The notes under the pieces are model-generated. The model was not told where the DNA came from. It saw nothing but the letters and a program-made list of their open reading frames with translations, and ran no database searches. A stretch of 64,000 nucleotides of DNA from Marsupella aquatica (Eukaryota > Plantae > Marchantiophyta), in the NCBI GenBank assembly GCA_973895155.1, contig OZ316893.1:17242770-17306769 (forward strand), in the 5' to 3' direction. Shown here in pieces: positions 63,301-64,000 of the stretch; position 1 is the first letter of the stretch; every line of letters starts with the position of its first letter. The position numbers were made by a program, and so were the translations under genes.

Positions 63301-64000
63301 GCTACAGAAAGTTGTAAACAACAACATGAATGAGGGCATGCTATGTACAAAGTCACAAAGATTACACTTAATGTTGTTCTATCAATTATTACATATGATT
63401 AGAAATACCAACCTATTCACTAAAAGTGTATTTTCTTTTGTTCACAAATCAGTACTGAAATGTACACTTTAAGACGCCCAAATGTATACTTTATAGGCCA
63501 AATCATATCAGTAAATATATTAATCAATAATACATATTATATTATTTATTAGTTCAAAAAGAACAGTAGGATAGAGATCATACTTATAAAAGAAATTCAG
63601 CACAAAGAACCCCAAGGACCATTGATAATGTGTGAACAAAATGACTTAACTCCAAATTAATAGATTATAAACTAGTGTACAATTATCTCCAAACTTACAA
63701 TGAACATAGAGTCATTTCTACTATCTAAGGGGCTGAACATGAGTCAGATCTCTAAACAAAGTGCTCGTTACAATGTGTATTTGAGGACATAACCCTGTCT
63801 CCTTTACTATCTACCCTATTGTCATGGTTGCAACTCCCTTTAATTATTTGTTGGGGAGCTGAAACTTGGTGGTGTTGTTCCTATTGACTATAATCTCCTG
63901 CAAAAAGTGTTTGGGGTTTTCTCTCACGGACTTGAATATTCCCATCCTAAAAATGATTTAGGAAGTGAGGTGACAAGTGCATTGTCAAGTTTCACCTCAA

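Overview
Eukaryotic (land-plant-like, probably non-seed plant by inference) heterochromatin made almost entirely of nested transposable elements. No intact host gene is visible. Target-site duplications (TSDs) let the nesting be read directly. An old Bianca-type Ty1/copia (4877..~61740) has three direct insertions: (i) a Tnt1/Tork-like copia (to 4876); (ii) a young 15.85-kb Ty3/gypsy (5513..21365, TSD CTTTT); (iii) a 4-kb TG..CA solo-LTR-like unit (23913..59861, TSD GGATG). That unit holds a full-length L1 LINE (17-bp TSD). The LINE holds two more solo-LTR-like units (TSDs CAATC and ACATG), and one of these holds an 18.2-kb CACTA element (34212..52437, TSD GGA). Two things stand out. First, the gypsy LTRs are about 4.65 kb and each contains a ~1,200-codon sense ORF, and a related protein motif is encoded inside two solo LTRs of a different family, so these look like LTR-resident accessory genes. 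Second, the CACTA carries, besides TnpD/TnpA, a co-oriented set of intronless ORFs: an EDM2-type PHD-finger module, a tandem BRCT protein and a decayed Cys/His-rich ORF. It also carries a captured RPL18A terminal exon. Domain and lineage calls come from motif recognition by eye, not database searches.
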